DNA from: an uncultured Burkholderiaceae bacterium
GTDB taxonomy: Bacteria; Pseudomonadota; Gammaproteobacteria; Burkholderiales; Burkholderiaceae_C
Assembly: GCA_964478285.1 (NCBI GenBank)
Contig: CAYZHE010000011.1
Location: 4,226 to 68,225, forward strand
Length of the DNA: 64,000 nt
Reading direction: 5' to 3'
The notes beneath the pieces are model-generated. The model ran no database searches. It was not told where the DNA came from and worked only from the letters and a program-made list of their open reading frames with translations. Shown here piece by piece: positions 19,712-29,718 of the stretch (position 1 is its first letter; every line of letters starts with the position of its first letter). A program made the position numbers and the translations under genes.

Positions 19712-20104
19712 TTAACGCTTGCTGAACTGCTTGCGGCGACGTGCACCACGCAAGCCAACCTTTTTACGCTCGACTTCACGAGCATCGCGGGTCACATAAC
19801 CTGCGGCTGACAAAGCGGGTTTCAAGTTTGCATCGTAGTCGATCAGTGCGCGGGTGATCCCGTGTCGCACTGCGCCTGCCTGACCGGATTCGCCACCACC
19901 ATGGACATTCACTTGAATGTCAAAGGACTCGACGTTGTCGGTCAACACCAGAGGCTGCTTGGCAATCATGATCGAGGTTTGACGGCCGAAAAATTCAGCA
20001 ATATCTTTACCATTGACCGTGATCTTGCCACTGCCTTTTTTCAAAAAAACACGTGCCACACTGGATTTGCGGCGGCCCGTGCCATTGTTCCATTCACCAA
20101 TCAT
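19712..20104 (-). CDS. rpsI: 30S ribosomal protein S9
   Basis: This 130-aa protein ends with [14 protein letters not shown] and has a canonical S9 sequence. Confidence 0.97.
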   Translation of the reverse strand: MIGEWNNGTGRRKSSVARVFLKKGSGKITVNGKDIAEFFGRQTSIMIAKQPLVLTDNVESFDIQVNVHGGGESGQAGAVRHGITRALIDYDANLKPALSAAGYVTRDAREVERKKVGLRGARRRKQFSKR

Positions 20105-20115
20105 CGCGGTGCTCC

Positions 20116-20544
20116 TTAGATGTCCAAGACTTTGGGTTGCTGGGCGGTATGAGGATGCTCAGCGCCACCGTAGACCTTGAGCTTCTTGATCATCGCGTAG
20201 CCAAGTGGGCCTTTGGGCAACATGCCCTTTACAGCCTTTTCCAACGCACGGCCAGGGTGCTTGGCTTGCATGTCACGGAAACTCGTGCCATAGATGCCAC
20301 CGGGGAAGCCCGAGTGACGGTAATAAATCTTGTCCAGAGCTTTGTTGCCCGTGACTTTGATTTTTGATGCGTTGATGACAACGATGAAGTCACCGGTGTC
20401 AACGTGAGGCGTATAAATGGCCTTGTGTTTGCCGCGCAGACGGAGAGCAACTTCGCTGGCTACTCGTCCGAGGACCTTGTCGGTCGCGTCAATCACAAAC
20501 CACTCGTGTTGCACCTCAGCGGGTTTGGCGCTGAATGTTTTCAT
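20116..20544 (-). CDS. rplM: 50S ribosomal protein L13
   Basis: [41 protein letters not shown]... is a canonical L13 sequence. ATG is at 20544. Confidence 0.97.
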   Translation of the reverse strand: MKTFSAKPAEVQHEWFVIDATDKVLGRVASEVALRLRGKHKAIYTPHVDTGDFIVVINASKIKVTGNKALDKIYYRHSGFPGGIYGTSFRDMQAKHPGRALEKAVKGMLPKGPLGYAMIKKLKVYGGAEHPHTAQQPKVLDI

Positions 20545-20668
20545 TGCAATACTTTCATGAGGGTTTGGCGGACTCTTTTCCACGGTCGGTGCCTCTTATA
20601 TTTGAGACCTCTTAGGTGGTGTCGATGAACTTCGCCGCGGAGTCCTAAAAGTCGCTGCGAAGCCCGCC

Positions 20669-20698
20669 ATTATACGATTCTTGTCCGATCGATGCAAA
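20669..20698 (-). promoter_or_regulatory. Candidate sigma-70 promoter for rplM-rpsI
   Basis: On the minus strand, TTTGCA (20698-20693) is followed by an 18-nt spacer and TATAAT (20674-20669), about 120 nt upstream of the rplM ATG. Confidence 0.35.
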
Positions 20699-20717
20699 AG
20701 ACGCGTACCATCGCGCC

Positions 20718-21596
20718 ATGTTCAGTTACCGCCACGCCTTTCATGCAGGCAATCACGCCGACGTGCTCAAGCATGCGGTATGGATTGCTCTTCTGCGCCG
20801 CCTCACCGAAAAAGACAAAGCGCTCCAGGTCATTGACACCCACGCCGGCACCGGCATGTATCGCTTGCAAAGCGAGGCAGCAAAGGAAAGCCAAGAGTCT
20901 ATGCGCGGTGTTATTCAATTGGCGCAAGCTGCGTCTATTGATGTACAAACTCCTGATTTAATCAAAGATTATTTGAAAGTGGTGACTCACTTCAATGGTG
21001 GGATCATGGGCCAACATTATCCTGGCTCACCAGCGATATCTGCGCACCTGCTGCGCGCCCAAGACCGATTGGAAGTGTTTGAGGTTCACCCAACAGATCA
21101 CAAGACTTTGCGGACTTGGGCAGACCATGTGGATACGCCAGCCACCGTACAAATGACGCGCCAAAACAGCTTTGAAGGCGTCAAACGCTTGATGCCACCT
21201 CCTTCGCGCCGAGGCGCGTTGCTGTGCGATCCCAGTTACGAACTGAAGTCAGACTACGCGGATGTCGTCAAATTACTACAAGAGGGTATGCTGAAGTTCT
21301 CCACCGGGGTCTACATGATCTGGATTCCCCAGGTCGCCCGCCCTGAGGCACATGAACTCCCCAGAAAGCTGCGCAGCATCGCCAACAAGGCGGGTAAGCC
21401 TTGGCTGCATGCTCTGCTCCAGGTGCGAGGCACGAACCTCAGCGCACCAGGGGGCGGTTTGGCCGGCAGCAGCGTTTTTGTGGTCAACCCAACATTCGGA
21501 TTGCGAGAGTCGCTGCAAGCGACATTGCCGTTTTTGGTGAGCACTTTGGGCCAAGACAAAAAGGCTCGATTTGACCTCCAATCCCAAGGCATTTAA
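20718..21596 (+). CDS. rlmJ: 23S rRNA (adenine2030-N6)-methyltransferase RlmJ
   Basis: The N-terminal MFSYRHAFHAGNHADVLKH is the hallmark of RlmJ (YhiR), and the length is 292 aa. Confidence 0.9.
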   Translation: MFSYRHAFHAGNHADVLKHAVWIALLRRLTEKDKALQVIDTHAGTGMYRLQSEAAKESQESMRGVIQLAQAASIDVQTPDLIKDYLKVVTHFNGGIMGQHYPGSPAISAHLLRAQDRLEVFEVHPTDHKTLRTWADHVDTPATVQMTRQNSFEGVKRLMPPPSRRGALLCDPSYELKSDYADVVKLLQEGMLKFSTGVYMIWIPQVARPEAHELPRKLRSIANKAGKPWLHALLQVRGTNLSAPGGGLAGSSVFVVNPTFGLRESLQATLPFLVSTLGQDKKARFDLQSQGI

Positions 21597-21616
21597 CGCA
21601 CTCTATGCGGGGATTT

Positions 21617-21646
21617 AAATTAACCGACCGAATGGTCGGTTAATTT
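21617..21646. promoter_or_regulatory. Perfect 13-4-13 inverted repeat; candidate repressor operator at the paa promoter
   Basis: AAATTAACCGACC-GAAT-GGTCGGTTAATTT matches 13/13. A TATACT -10-like hexamer follows at 21649-21654, about 60 nt upstream of paaA. Confidence 0.5.
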
Positions 21647-21708
21647 TGTATACTTGCGCCTGGCTTTGTGCGACCCAACGTCGCGCCATGTTGAAAGGTC
21701 TGGTAACG

Positions 21709-22719
21709 ATGTATACGCAATCCATGGATGTGCCCCCTCCCGAGGGCGAGCAAGGTGCAGTCACGACACTTACAGGGGATACGGCCAAGCAGGCCCAGTT
21801 TGACGAAGTGATCGATGCTGACGGCAAGATTGAGCCGCGCGATTGGATGCCCGACGCTTATCGAAAAACCTTGGTGCGCCAAATCAGCCAACACGCACAC
21901 AGTGAAATCGTTGGCATGCTGCCTGAAGGCAACTGGATCAGCCGTGCGCCGAGCTTGAAACGCAAAGCCATTCTGGTTGCCAAAGTGCAAGACGAAGGCG
22001 GCCACGGCCTCTACCTGTACAGCGCAGCCGAAACCCTTGGCACGTCACGTGATCAGATGCTAGACGGGCTTCACTCGGGCAAAGCAAAGTACAGCTCGAT
22101 CTTCAACTACCCAACCCTGAACTGGGCTGACGTAGGCGTCATTGGTTGGCTGGTTGATGGCGCCGCCATCATGAACCAAATTCCGCTGTGCCGCTGTTCT
22201 TATGGACCTTACGCGCGAGCCATGATTCGCGTGTGCAAAGAGGAATCTTTTCACCAGCGCCAAGGTTACGAGTCATTGCTCACCATGATGCAGGGAACCG
22301 ACGAGCAAAAGGCAATGGTGCAAGACGCCGTGAACCGTTGGTGGTGGAAATGTTTGGCTATGTTCGGCCCACCAGATGCCGATAGTCCCAACAGTGCGCA
22401 AGGTATGCGCTGGGGCATCAAACGCATCAGCAACGACGATTTGCGTCAAAAGTTCGTCGACGCCACGGTGCCTCAGGCCAACGTCTTGGGCGTCACCTTG
22501 CCCGATCCAGAACTCTGCTGGAACGAGGCACGAGGGCATTACGACTATGGCGCAATCGATTGGGATGAATTTTGGCAAGTCGTCAACGGCCATGGCCCTT
22601 GCAACGAAGAGCGCCTAGCCACCCGTGTCAAGGCCCACAACGATGGTCAATGGGTGCGTGACGCAGCAATTGCGCACGCCCGCAAACAACAAGCTAGAGC
22701 CCTTAAGGAGGCCGCATGA
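21709..22719 (+). CDS. paaA: 1,2-phenylacetyl-CoA epoxidase subunit A
   Basis: [40 protein letters not shown]...[13 protein letters not shown] gives the diiron ligand motifs of PaaA. The start is uncertain (21688 or 21709). Confidence 0.9.
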   Translation: MYTQSMDVPPPEGEQGAVTTLTGDTAKQAQFDEVIDADGKIEPRDWMPDAYRKTLVRQISQHAHSEIVGMLPEGNWISRAPSLKRKAILVAKVQDEGGHGLYLYSAAETLGTSRDQMLDGLHSGKAKYSSIFNYPTLNWADVGVIGWLVDGAAIMNQIPLCRCSYGPYARAMIRVCKEESFHQRQGYESLLTMMQGTDEQKAMVQDAVNRWWWKCLAMFGPPDADSPNSAQGMRWGIKRISNDDLRQKFVDATVPQANVLGVTLPDPELCWNEARGHYDYGAIDWDEFWQVVNGHGPCNEERLATRVKAHNDGQWVRDAAIAHARKQQARALKEAA

Positions 22720-23012
22720 CCACTCCCGCACTCAAAGAATGGCCCTTATGGGAAGTTTTTATCCGCAGCAAACAAGGACTTGAGCACAAACACTGTGGCA
22801 GCCTTCACGCCAGCGATGCAAGGCACGCGCTTCAAATGGCACGCGACGTCTACACGCGCCGCCAAGAGGGCGTGAGCATCTGGGTCGTCCCATCGCAATC
22901 CATCACCGCGAGCGAACCAGACAGCAAAGACAACTTTTTCGACCCGGCGGCAGACAAGGTGTATCGCCATCCCACTTTTTACGAAATCCCAGAGGCAGTG
23001 GGGCACATGTAA
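22716..23012 (+). CDS. paaB: 1,2-phenylacetyl-CoA epoxidase subunit B
   Basis: This 98-aa protein ([24 protein letters not shown]) overlaps the paaA stop. Confidence 0.9.
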   Translation: MTTPALKEWPLWEVFIRSKQGLEHKHCGSLHASDARHALQMARDVYTRRQEGVSIWVVPSQSITASEPDSKDNFFDPAADKVYRHPTFYEIPEAVGHM

Positions 23013-23854
23013 TGCAATCACATGCCCCGATCGATTACCTGCTGCACTGGGCCGATAACGCCTTGGTGCTGGGCCAGCGCAACGCAGAGTGGTGCGGCCA
23101 CGGCCCTATCCTCGAGGAAGATCTCGCCTTAGCCAACCAGAGCCTCGACTGGATCGGCCAAGCACGCTTGCTCTATCAGCTGGCCGCGCAGCGGATCAAC
23201 TCCAATGAAAAAGCACGCCAGCGCTTCGCTCACCTCAAAGGCGCACGTGCACAAGGTGCCGTTACTGAGGACACCCTGGCCTACTTTCGCGACACCCATG
23301 AGTTTCTCAACCATACTTTGCTCGAGTTGCCTCACACCCCTGCGCTAGCAGGCACCGCAGCAGGTGATCGCGATTACGCCACCACCATAGCTCGGAACTT
23401 CTTGTTCAGCGCATATATGGTGCTCGTCTGGCAGGCACTGCAACAAAGCAAAGACGATGATCTCGCAGCCATCGCTGCGAAATCACTCAAAGAGGTGCGC
23501 TATCACTTGCAACACGCCAGCGATTGGTTGGTGCGCTTGGGCGATGGCACAACTCAATCCCATACGAGAGCACAAGCCGCCATCGATCACTTGATGCGCT
23601 ACACCGCTTCGTTCTGGATTCCCGTGCCGTCTCAAATTGAAGCTCTTGCCAATGGCTCTGGCGTCGACGTGGCGACCTTACAAAAGGCGTGGGACACCCT
23701 CGTGGACGAGACCCTGACAGACGCCACTTTGGTTCGCCCCCCTATCACCGGCGCAGCCCCCAAGGGGCACTGGGGCGTGCACTCGGAACACCTTGGGTTT
23801 TTGTTAGCCGAGATGCAAGTCCTCGCACGAGCTCACCCAGAAGCGACTTGGTAA
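23012..23854 (+). CDS. paaC: 1,2-phenylacetyl-CoA epoxidase subunit C
   Basis: This 280-aa protein reads ADNALVLGQRNAEWCGHGPILEEDLALANQSLDWIGQARLLY, is PaaC-like, and sits in the operon position between paaB and paaD. Confidence 0.85.
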   Translation: MQSHAPIDYLLHWADNALVLGQRNAEWCGHGPILEEDLALANQSLDWIGQARLLYQLAAQRINSNEKARQRFAHLKGARAQGAVTEDTLAYFRDTHEFLNHTLLELPHTPALAGTAAGDRDYATTIARNFLFSAYMVLVWQALQQSKDDDLAAIAAKSLKEVRYHLQHASDWLVRLGDGTTQSHTRAQAAIDHLMRYTASFWIPVPSQIEALANGSGVDVATLQKAWDTLVDETLTDATLVRPPITGAAPKGHWGVHSEHLGFLLAEMQVLARAHPEATW

Positions 23855-23858
23855 ACCC

Positions 23859-24404
23859 ATGTACACCGCTCACGTTGCTGCCGCTGAAGTTCCCATGGCT
23901 GATCGCATCGAAGCCATCTGGAAAGCATTGGAAACGGTCACTGATCCGGAAATACCGGTCGTCACCCTGCTGGAGTTGGGTATTTTGCGCTCGGTCCAGC
24001 TCGGAGATGACGGCGTACCAGAAGTGATCATCACGCCAACTTACAGTGGCTGTCCGGCGATGGAACAAATGACAGACGACGTGCATGCCGCGCTTCAAGC
24101 CACAGGCCAACAAGCCCGCATCGTCACACAGCTCTCGCCCGCCTGGACCACCGACTGGATCACGCCTGCTGCCAGAGAAAAGCTGCGCAAATTCGGCATT
24201 GCTCCTCCAGCAGGTTCAGCCCACGCAAACCCCAAAGGAATCATTCAGTTCTCGCGGCGCAACCGCCAAGCAGATACCGTCGCCTGTCCTCAATGTGGCT
24301 CAATCCAAACCACAGAGACTTCGCCTTTCGGCTCGACGGCGTGCAAGGCGCAATACAAATGTTTGGCTTGCATGGAACCATTTGATTATTTCAAGCCTTA
24401 TTGA
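23859..24404 (+). CDS. paaD: Phenylacetate-CoA oxygenase subunit PaaD (PaaJ-type, Fe-S assembly SUF-like domain)
   Basis: VTDPEIPVVTLLELGILR is DUF59-like, and the protein has a C-terminal CPQCGS...CKAQYKCLAC Cys cluster. Confidence 0.85.
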   Translation: MYTAHVAAAEVPMADRIEAIWKALETVTDPEIPVVTLLELGILRSVQLGDDGVPEVIITPTYSGCPAMEQMTDDVHAALQATGQQARIVTQLSPAWTTDWITPAAREKLRKFGIAPPAGSAHANPKGIIQFSRRNRQADTVACPQCGSIQTTETSPFGSTACKAQYKCLACMEPFDYFKPY

Positions 24405-24438
24405 GCCAAACCCTATTTATTCACGCCCCAGCCACGCC

Positions 24439-25545
24439 ATGAGTACCGCACCCCGCTTTCACGATCTACGAGTGACTCGCATCAGTCCTGAAGCAGGAAA
24501 TGCAGTCGCCATCACGCTGGCGATTCCAGATGGGTTGAGAGACACCTTCACATTCACGCCTGGACAATTTGTAACCGTGCGCGCTCATATTGGCGGGCAA
24601 GAGGTGCGGCGCAGTTACTCGATCTGTAGCACCCGACGTGACTTGCGTGATTTCGGTCAGCTCAGCTTGGGTATCCGCTCGGTCGCGGGGGGGGTGTTCA
24701 GCAATTGGGCCGCCTCAGAACTACAGGTGGACCAACACCTGAGCGTCATGCCGCCAGAGGGGCGCTTCACCATTCACAAGCCACGGGCCATCCACCGCGT
24801 CGGCTTTGCGGCAGGCTCTGGTATCACGCCCATTTTGTCCATCATCGCCAGCACCTTAGAAGAGGACATCAACAGCAAATTCACGCTGGTTTACGGCAAC
24901 CGCCGCATGTCTAGTGTTATGTTCAACGAGGCTCTTCAAGATCTCAAAGACCGCTACCCTAGCCGCCTCACTTTGATCCACATTCTGTCTCGGCAAGCAC
25001 AAGAAGTGCCTTTGCTAGAAGGTCGCATCGACGCAGACAAGGTGCGCGCCATTGTTCAGTCTCTGTTGCCGATAGGTAGCATGGACGAAGTATTTATCTG
25101 CGGTCCCGAAGCCATGATTGAAGAGACAGAGCAGGCGTTGTTGGGCGCTGGCTTGCGCTCAGATCGCATCCATACAGAAAGATTCAGCTCACCGATAACA
25201 AACCCATCAGCCGTGACTGATCGTTCAATTGCGGCACTGCGTCAACCCGAGGACACAGTGGAAGGCAATGTCGAGCTCACTGTCATCCTCGACGGTAAGC
25301 CACATCCGATGCGAATGGCCAAGCATCAAAAAATACTCGATATCGCACTCAATGCGGGTTTAGATTTGCCTTGGTCTTGCAAGGGAGGCGTGTGTTGCAC
25401 TTGTCGAGCCAAAGTGATGGAGGGCGAGGTCCACATGGAGCGGAACTTTACTTTAGAGCCCTGGGAGATGGAGCAAGGGTTCGTCTTGTCGTGTCAAGCC
25501 ATGCCGATCACTGATCGCGTCACACTGAGTTACGACGAACGCTGA
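24439..25545 (+). CDS. paaE: Phenylacetate-CoA oxygenase/reductase subunit PaaE (FNR-like plus 2Fe-2S ferredoxin)
   Basis: It has the FAD-binding motif RSYSICS, an NAD-binding domain and a C-terminal plant-type 2Fe-2S motif CKGGVCCTCRAKV...SCQA. ATG is at 24439; the track start 24085 overlaps paaD and is rejected. Confidence 0.9.
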   Translation: MSTAPRFHDLRVTRISPEAGNAVAITLAIPDGLRDTFTFTPGQFVTVRAHIGGQEVRRSYSICSTRRDLRDFGQLSLGIRSVAGGVFSNWAASELQVDQHLSVMPPEGRFTIHKPRAIHRVGFAAGSGITPILSIIASTLEEDINSKFTLVYGNRRMSSVMFNEALQDLKDRYPSRLTLIHILSRQAQEVPLLEGRIDADKVRAIVQSLLPIGSMDEVFICGPEAMIEETEQALLGAGLRSDRIHTERFSSPITNPSAVTDRSIAALRQPEDTVEGNVELTVILDGKPHPMRMAKHQKILDIALNAGLDLPWSCKGGVCCTCRAKVMEGEVHMERNFTLEPWEMEQGFVLSCQAMPITDRVTLSYDER

Positions 25546-25567
25546 ATACATTCGCTCGGGTTTACAC

Positions 25568-25595
25568 AAAAAAAGCCCGCTATTGCGGGCTTTTT
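25568..25595. terminator. Bidirectional rho-independent terminator between convergent paaE and metY
   Basis: aaaaaaa-gcccgc-tatt-gcgggc-ttttt is a perfect 6-bp GC stem flanked by A- and T-runs. Confidence 0.7.
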
Positions 25596-25611
25596 GCTGC
25601 TCAGTTGAAAA

Positions 25612-26883
25612 TCAAGCCGCAGCCAGTGCTTGCTCCAAATCTGCCTTGATGTCATCAATGTGCTCAATGCCGATACACAGGCGTACCGTCTCCTCTTTGA
25701 CGCCAGCCTTGGCCAACTCTTCAGGGTTCAGCTGGCGGTGCGTGGTCGAAGCGGGGTGCGTGGCCAAGGACTTGGTGTCGCCAATGTTGACCAAGCGGGT
25801 GAACAACTGCAAGGCATCGAGGAACTTCTCTCCAGCGGCGCGCCCACCTTTCACGCCAAAGGTCATGAGGCCGGAAGCCCGGCCACCCATCATGCGTTGT
25901 GCCACATCGTGATCGACATGGCTAGGCAAACCAGCATAGTCAACCCACTCCACTTTGGGGTGCGACTTCAGATACTGTGCAACCGCCAAGGTGTTGTCAC
26001 AAATCCGATCCATGCGCAAGGCCAAGGTTTCCAGACCCTGCAAAATCAACCAAGCATTCATCGGAGAAATCGCGGCACCCATATTGCGCAAAGGCACGAC
26101 GCGGGCGCGGGCAATGTATGCAGCGGGACCCAGTGCCTCCGTGTAGACCACACCGTGGTAGCTGACATCGGGTTCGTTGAGTCGCTTGAATCGTGCTTTG
26201 TGCTCAGCCCAAGGGAACTTGCCGGAGTCGACGATCATGCCGCCGATGCTGTTGCCTTGGCCGCCGATGTATTTCGTCAAAGAGTGCACGACGATGTCTG
26301 CGCCATGCTCAAAAGGTCTGCATAAGTAAGGGCTGGGCACAGTGTTGTCCACGATCAGCGGCACACCGTGGGCGTGTGCCACTTGAGCAATCGCTGCGAT
26401 ATCGGTCACATTGCCCAACGGGTTGCCGATCGACTCGACATACACCGCTTTGGTTTTTTCATCGATCAGCGAAGCGAAGCTGGCTGGGTTGCGGGAATCT
26501 GCGAATCGCACTTCGATCCCGTACTGAGGGAAGGTATGGGCGAACAAGTTATAGGTCCCACCATACAAGGCGCTCGCCGAGACCACGTTGTCACCCGCCT
26601 CAGCGATGGTTTGAATCGCATAGGTGATCGCAGCCTGCCCAGACGCTACAGCGAGGGCCGCAATGCCGCCCTCGAGCGACGCCACACGCTCTTCTAAAAC
26701 CGCTTGAGTGGGGTTCATGATTCGGGTGTAGATGTTGCCCGGCACCTTGAGATCAAACAGGTCTGCACCATGTTGCGCATTGTCAAACGCATAGGCCACA
26801 GTCTGATAAATGGGTACTGCCATGGCCTTCGTCGTTGGGTCTGGGCTGTAGCCAACGTGCACGGCTTTGGTTTCGAATTTCAT
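25612..26883 (-). CDS. metY: O-acetylhomoserine aminocarboxypropyltransferase / sulfhydrylase
   Basis: This 423-aa Cys/Met-metabolism PLP enzyme has its Lys in HSLTKYIGGQGNS and the N-terminal region FETKAVHVGYSPDPTTKAMAVPIYQT. Confidence 0.9.
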   Translation of the reverse strand: MKFETKAVHVGYSPDPTTKAMAVPIYQTVAYAFDNAQHGADLFDLKVPGNIYTRIMNPTQAVLEERVASLEGGIAALAVASGQAAITYAIQTIAEAGDNVVSASALYGGTYNLFAHTFPQYGIEVRFADSRNPASFASLIDEKTKAVYVESIGNPLGNVTDIAAIAQVAHAHGVPLIVDNTVPSPYLCRPFEHGADIVVHSLTKYIGGQGNSIGGMIVDSGKFPWAEHKARFKRLNEPDVSYHGVVYTEALGPAAYIARARVVPLRNMGAAISPMNAWLILQGLETLALRMDRICDNTLAVAQYLKSHPKVEWVDYAGLPSHVDHDVAQRMMGGRASGLMTFGVKGGRAAGEKFLDALQLFTRLVNIGDTKSLATHPASTTHRQLNPEELAKAGVKEETVRLCIGIEHIDDIKADLEQALAAA

Positions 26884-26960
26884 CGCAAATCTCCTGTGTG
26901 GTATTTGGTTTTAAAACGCCTTGCGAGGTGGCGTCGGGTAGCAGAATCGTAGTCGAACTT

Positions 26961-27785
26961 TCAAGCCAGCGCTTTACAAATGTGCGCCGTTGGATTGCTT
27001 TGATTCATGGTGTAGAAATGCAAACTTGGCGCACCGCCGCGAATCAATTGCTCGCACACCCGCACCATGACCTCATGGCCAAACGCCTTGATCGACGCTA
27101 CATCGTCACCGTAACCTTGGAGTCGCTGGCGTATCCATCGCGGGACGTCTGCGCCGCACATGTCAGAAAAACGGATCAGTTGCGAACTGTTGGTGATTGG
27201 CATGATGCCTGGCACGATCGGAATACTCACACCGGCAGCATTCACCTCATCGACAAACCGAAAATACGCATCTGGATTGAAAAAGTATTGGGTGATTGCG
27301 CTATCAGCCCCAGCCTTGGCTTTGGCGATAAATGCATTCAAGTCAGCCTCGGCGCTGCGAGCCTGGGGATGCACTTCGGGGTAAGCCGCCACTTCAATAT
27401 GAAATGCATCACCGAACGTGGCGCGAACGAACGACACCAAATCGGCCGCGTAATGGAACTCACCTCCAGCCCCATACCCACTCGGCAAATCACCGCGCAA
27501 TGCGACCAACCGCCGCACCCCCATGGCCTGCAATTGTTCGAGTCGCTCCTTCACCGAGACTTGGGTCGCCCCGATACAGGAAAAGTGGGCGGCCGCCTCA
27601 TACCCTTCGGACTGGATGGCCGCGACCGTCGCGAACGAGCCCTCTTGCGTCGAGCCACCCGCACCGTAAGTCACCGAGCAAAATTGCGGCTTCAAGGCAT
27701 AAAGGGCTTGCCGAGCCACTGCCAGCTTGGCGGCAGCCTCATCCGTTTTGGGCGGAAAAAATTCAAAGCTAATCGGCAGGTTCAC
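26961..27785 (-). CDS. metF: Methylenetetrahydrofolate reductase
   Basis: ISFEFFPPKT...VTYGAGGST...HFSCIG are MetF motifs. The GTG start at 27785 is preceded by GGAG. Confidence 0.9.
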   Translation of the reverse strand: MNLPISFEFFPPKTDEAAAKLAVARQALYALKPQFCSVTYGAGGSTQEGSFATVAAIQSEGYEAAAHFSCIGATQVSVKERLEQLQAMGVRRLVALRGDLPSGYGAGGEFHYAADLVSFVRATFGDAFHIEVAAYPEVHPQARSAEADLNAFIAKAKAGADSAITQYFFNPDAYFRFVDEVNAAGVSIPIVPGIMPITNSSQLIRFSDMCGADVPRWIRQRLQGYGDDVASIKAFGHEVMVRVCEQLIRGGAPSLHFYTMNQSNPTAHICKALA

Positions 27786-27954
27786 TGCGCACTCCGTTGA
27801 CTTGCTGTCAATTCAAGTCGTGAAAGAGCAAGACGCATTTGCGCCCCGCTGTATCTATTGGATCTAGGCCATTGGCCAGCCGCCTCTCAGCCCAATCATG
27901 GGGAAGAGACGCTGGCATTTTGACATGGCTTGACCGCTCACGCGGTCAGCCAGA

Positions 27955-29391
27955 TCAGTAGCGGTAAGCGTGGGGCTTGTAGGGACCTTCCACCGTCACT
28001 CCGATGTAGGCCGCCTGTGCGGGTGTCAACTCGGTCAACTGTGCATTCAAGGTCGAAAGCTGCAAACGCGCCACCTTCTCATCCAAATGCTTGGGGAGCA
28101 CGTAGACCTGACCGACAGCGTAAGCGTCAGGCCTGGTGAACAACTCGACTTGCGCCAAGGTTTGGTTGGCAAAAGAGCTGCTCATGACATAACTGGGGTG
28201 TCCAGTGCCACAGCCCAAGTTCACCAGGCGCCCCCTCGCCAACAAAATGATGCGGTGGCCGTCAGGGAAGACAACGTGGTCCACTTGGGGCTTGATCTCT
28301 TCAAAGCGGCAGAGCTCTTCTAACTTGGCCACCTGGATTTCATTGTCAAAGTGACCGATGTTGCACACAATGGCTTCGTCGTGCATTTTGGACATGTGCT
28401 CGTACGTGATGACGTCGCGGTTGCCTGTCGTGGTTACAAAGATATCTGCCTTGTCCGCTGCCCAGTCCATGGTCACTACACGGTAGCCTTCCATGGCCGC
28501 CTGCAGAGCACAAATGGGATCGACTTCGGTCACCCAGACCTGCGCAGACAATGCGCGCAACGCTTGTGCGCTGCCCTTGCCGACATCGCCATATCCGCAG
28601 ACGACGGCAACTTTGCCCGCGATCATGACGTCCGTCGCGCGCTTGATGCCATCGACCAAAGACTCGCGACAGCCATACAGGTTATCGAATTTGCTCTTGG
28701 TCACAGAGTCATTCACGTTGATCGCGCGCAAGCGCAGTGTGCCTTTGGCGGACATCTCGTTGAGGCGATGGACACCAGTGGTGGTTTCTTCGGTTACGCC
28801 AATGATGTTGGCAAGGCGACGGCTATACCAAGTGCTGTCCTGGGACAGTTTAGCCTTAATGGCAGCAAACAAAATGGTTTCTTCCTCGCTGCTGGGGTTG
28901 GCCAATACCGACAAATCTGTTTCGGCTTGCGTACCCAAGTGCATGAGCAACGTGGCATCACCCCCGTCGTCAAGAATCATATTGGGGCCTTCTTCGGGCG
29001 TACCCTTGGCGCCATTGAATTCAAAAATACGGTGGGTGTAGTCCCAGTAATCTTCGAGCGTTTCACCCTTGACCGCAAAAACAGGGGTACCGTTGGCAGC
29101 AATCGCAGCGGCGGCGTGGTCTTGCGTTGAGTAGATGTTGCAAGAAGCCCAGCGCACATCAGCGCCCAGTTCTTTCAAGGTCTCAATCAGGACTGCCGTT
29201 TGAATGGTCATGTGCAAGGAACCCGTGATGCGGGCGCCCTTGAGCGGCAGGGATGCAGCGAGTTCACGGCGGATCGCCATCAAACCTGGCATCTCGGTTT
29301 CAGCGATTTGGATTTCTTTTCGACCCCAACCTGCCAAAGAAATATCGGCAATGATGGATTGGTTCACAGGGGCGTCTACAACGGCGTTCAT
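27955..29391 (-). CDS. ahcY: Adenosylhomocysteinase
   Basis: [26 protein letters not shown]...[15 protein letters not shown]...HFDNEI is canonical AhcY. ATG 29391 has GGAG 6 nt upstream. Confidence 0.95.
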   Translation of the reverse strand: MNAVVDAPVNQSIIADISLAGWGRKEIQIAETEMPGLMAIRRELAASLPLKGARITGSLHMTIQTAVLIETLKELGADVRWASCNIYSTQDHAAAAIAANGTPVFAVKGETLEDYWDYTHRIFEFNGAKGTPEEGPNMILDDGGDATLLMHLGTQAETDLSVLANPSSEEETILFAAIKAKLSQDSTWYSRRLANIIGVTEETTTGVHRLNEMSAKGTLRLRAINVNDSVTKSKFDNLYGCRESLVDGIKRATDVMIAGKVAVVCGYGDVGKGSAQALRALSAQVWVTEVDPICALQAAMEGYRVVTMDWAADKADIFVTTTGNRDVITYEHMSKMHDEAIVCNIGHFDNEIQVAKLEELCRFEEIKPQVDHVVFPDGHRIILLARGRLVNLGCGTGHPSYVMSSSFANQTLAQVELFTRPDAYAVGQVYVLPKHLDEKVARLQLSTLNAQLTELTPAQAAYIGVTVEGPYKPHAYRY

Positions 29392-29434
29392 GGTTTTCTC
29401 CGGTTGGTGTTGCACAGCACCACGCTTGGAGGTT

Positions 29435-29515
29435 GCTCACCCTTCAAGTCGTGGGTGAGCGCCGTTGTTGTCTGTCCGAGCCTCGTCAAATTTGACTGCA
29501 GCGCTCCTCGGATGA
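29435..29515 (-). promoter_or_regulatory. SAH (S-adenosylhomocysteine) riboswitch in the ahcY 5' leader
   Basis: The minus strand reads CCGAGGAGCGCUGCAGUCAAAUUUGACGAGGCUCGGACAGACAACAACGGCGCUCACCC. It contains the pairings P1 CCGAG/CUCGG, P2 GUCA-AAUU-UGAC and pseudoknot GAGCGC/GCGCUC. It matches the conserved SAH riboswitch core as I remember it and sits in the expected position upstream of ahcY. Confidence 0.8.
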
Positions 29516-29718
29516 GTGTGATTTTAACCACGGCTCGGTAAGATCTCCCGAGGATGCGGCAATATTGCCACGTTGTGAGCAGGTGCAATGCCCTGTTAAT
29601 CTAGACGCCGATTCATTTGCACGACCAGAGATGAGCGTCAAATCTGACACTCAACTGAAGAACCAGGTCCTGCTCCCATGACTGTTTGCGCCCCAATGGC
29701 GTGCTTGTTCCGTCCTCA

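Noticed and set aside
24085-24438. An upstream extension of the paaE ORF that overlaps paaD
   Set aside because: The extension is out of frame with, and embedded in, the paaD coding sequence and is Pro/Ser/Arg-rich. PaaE similarity begins at MSTAPRFHDLRV (ATG 24439).
26835-27800. Long ORFs antisense to well-supported genes (26835..27800, 28351..29130, 25630..26325, 43103..43840, 51555..52322, 61206..62036, 10738..11493, 3450..4133, 56774..57436)
   Set aside because: These are typical high-GC shadow frames. Their translations are Arg/His/Gly-rich and low-complexity with no recognisable motifs, and each is fully covered by a confidently identified gene on the other strand.
27786-27954. A 19-codon ORF (MSKCQRLFPMIGLRGGWPMA, minus strand) and a GACCGC/GCGGTC hairpin in the ahcY-metF spacer
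   Set aside because: The ORF has no RBS, is very short and has no recognisable features. The hairpin lacks a following U-run, so I cannot call it a terminator.
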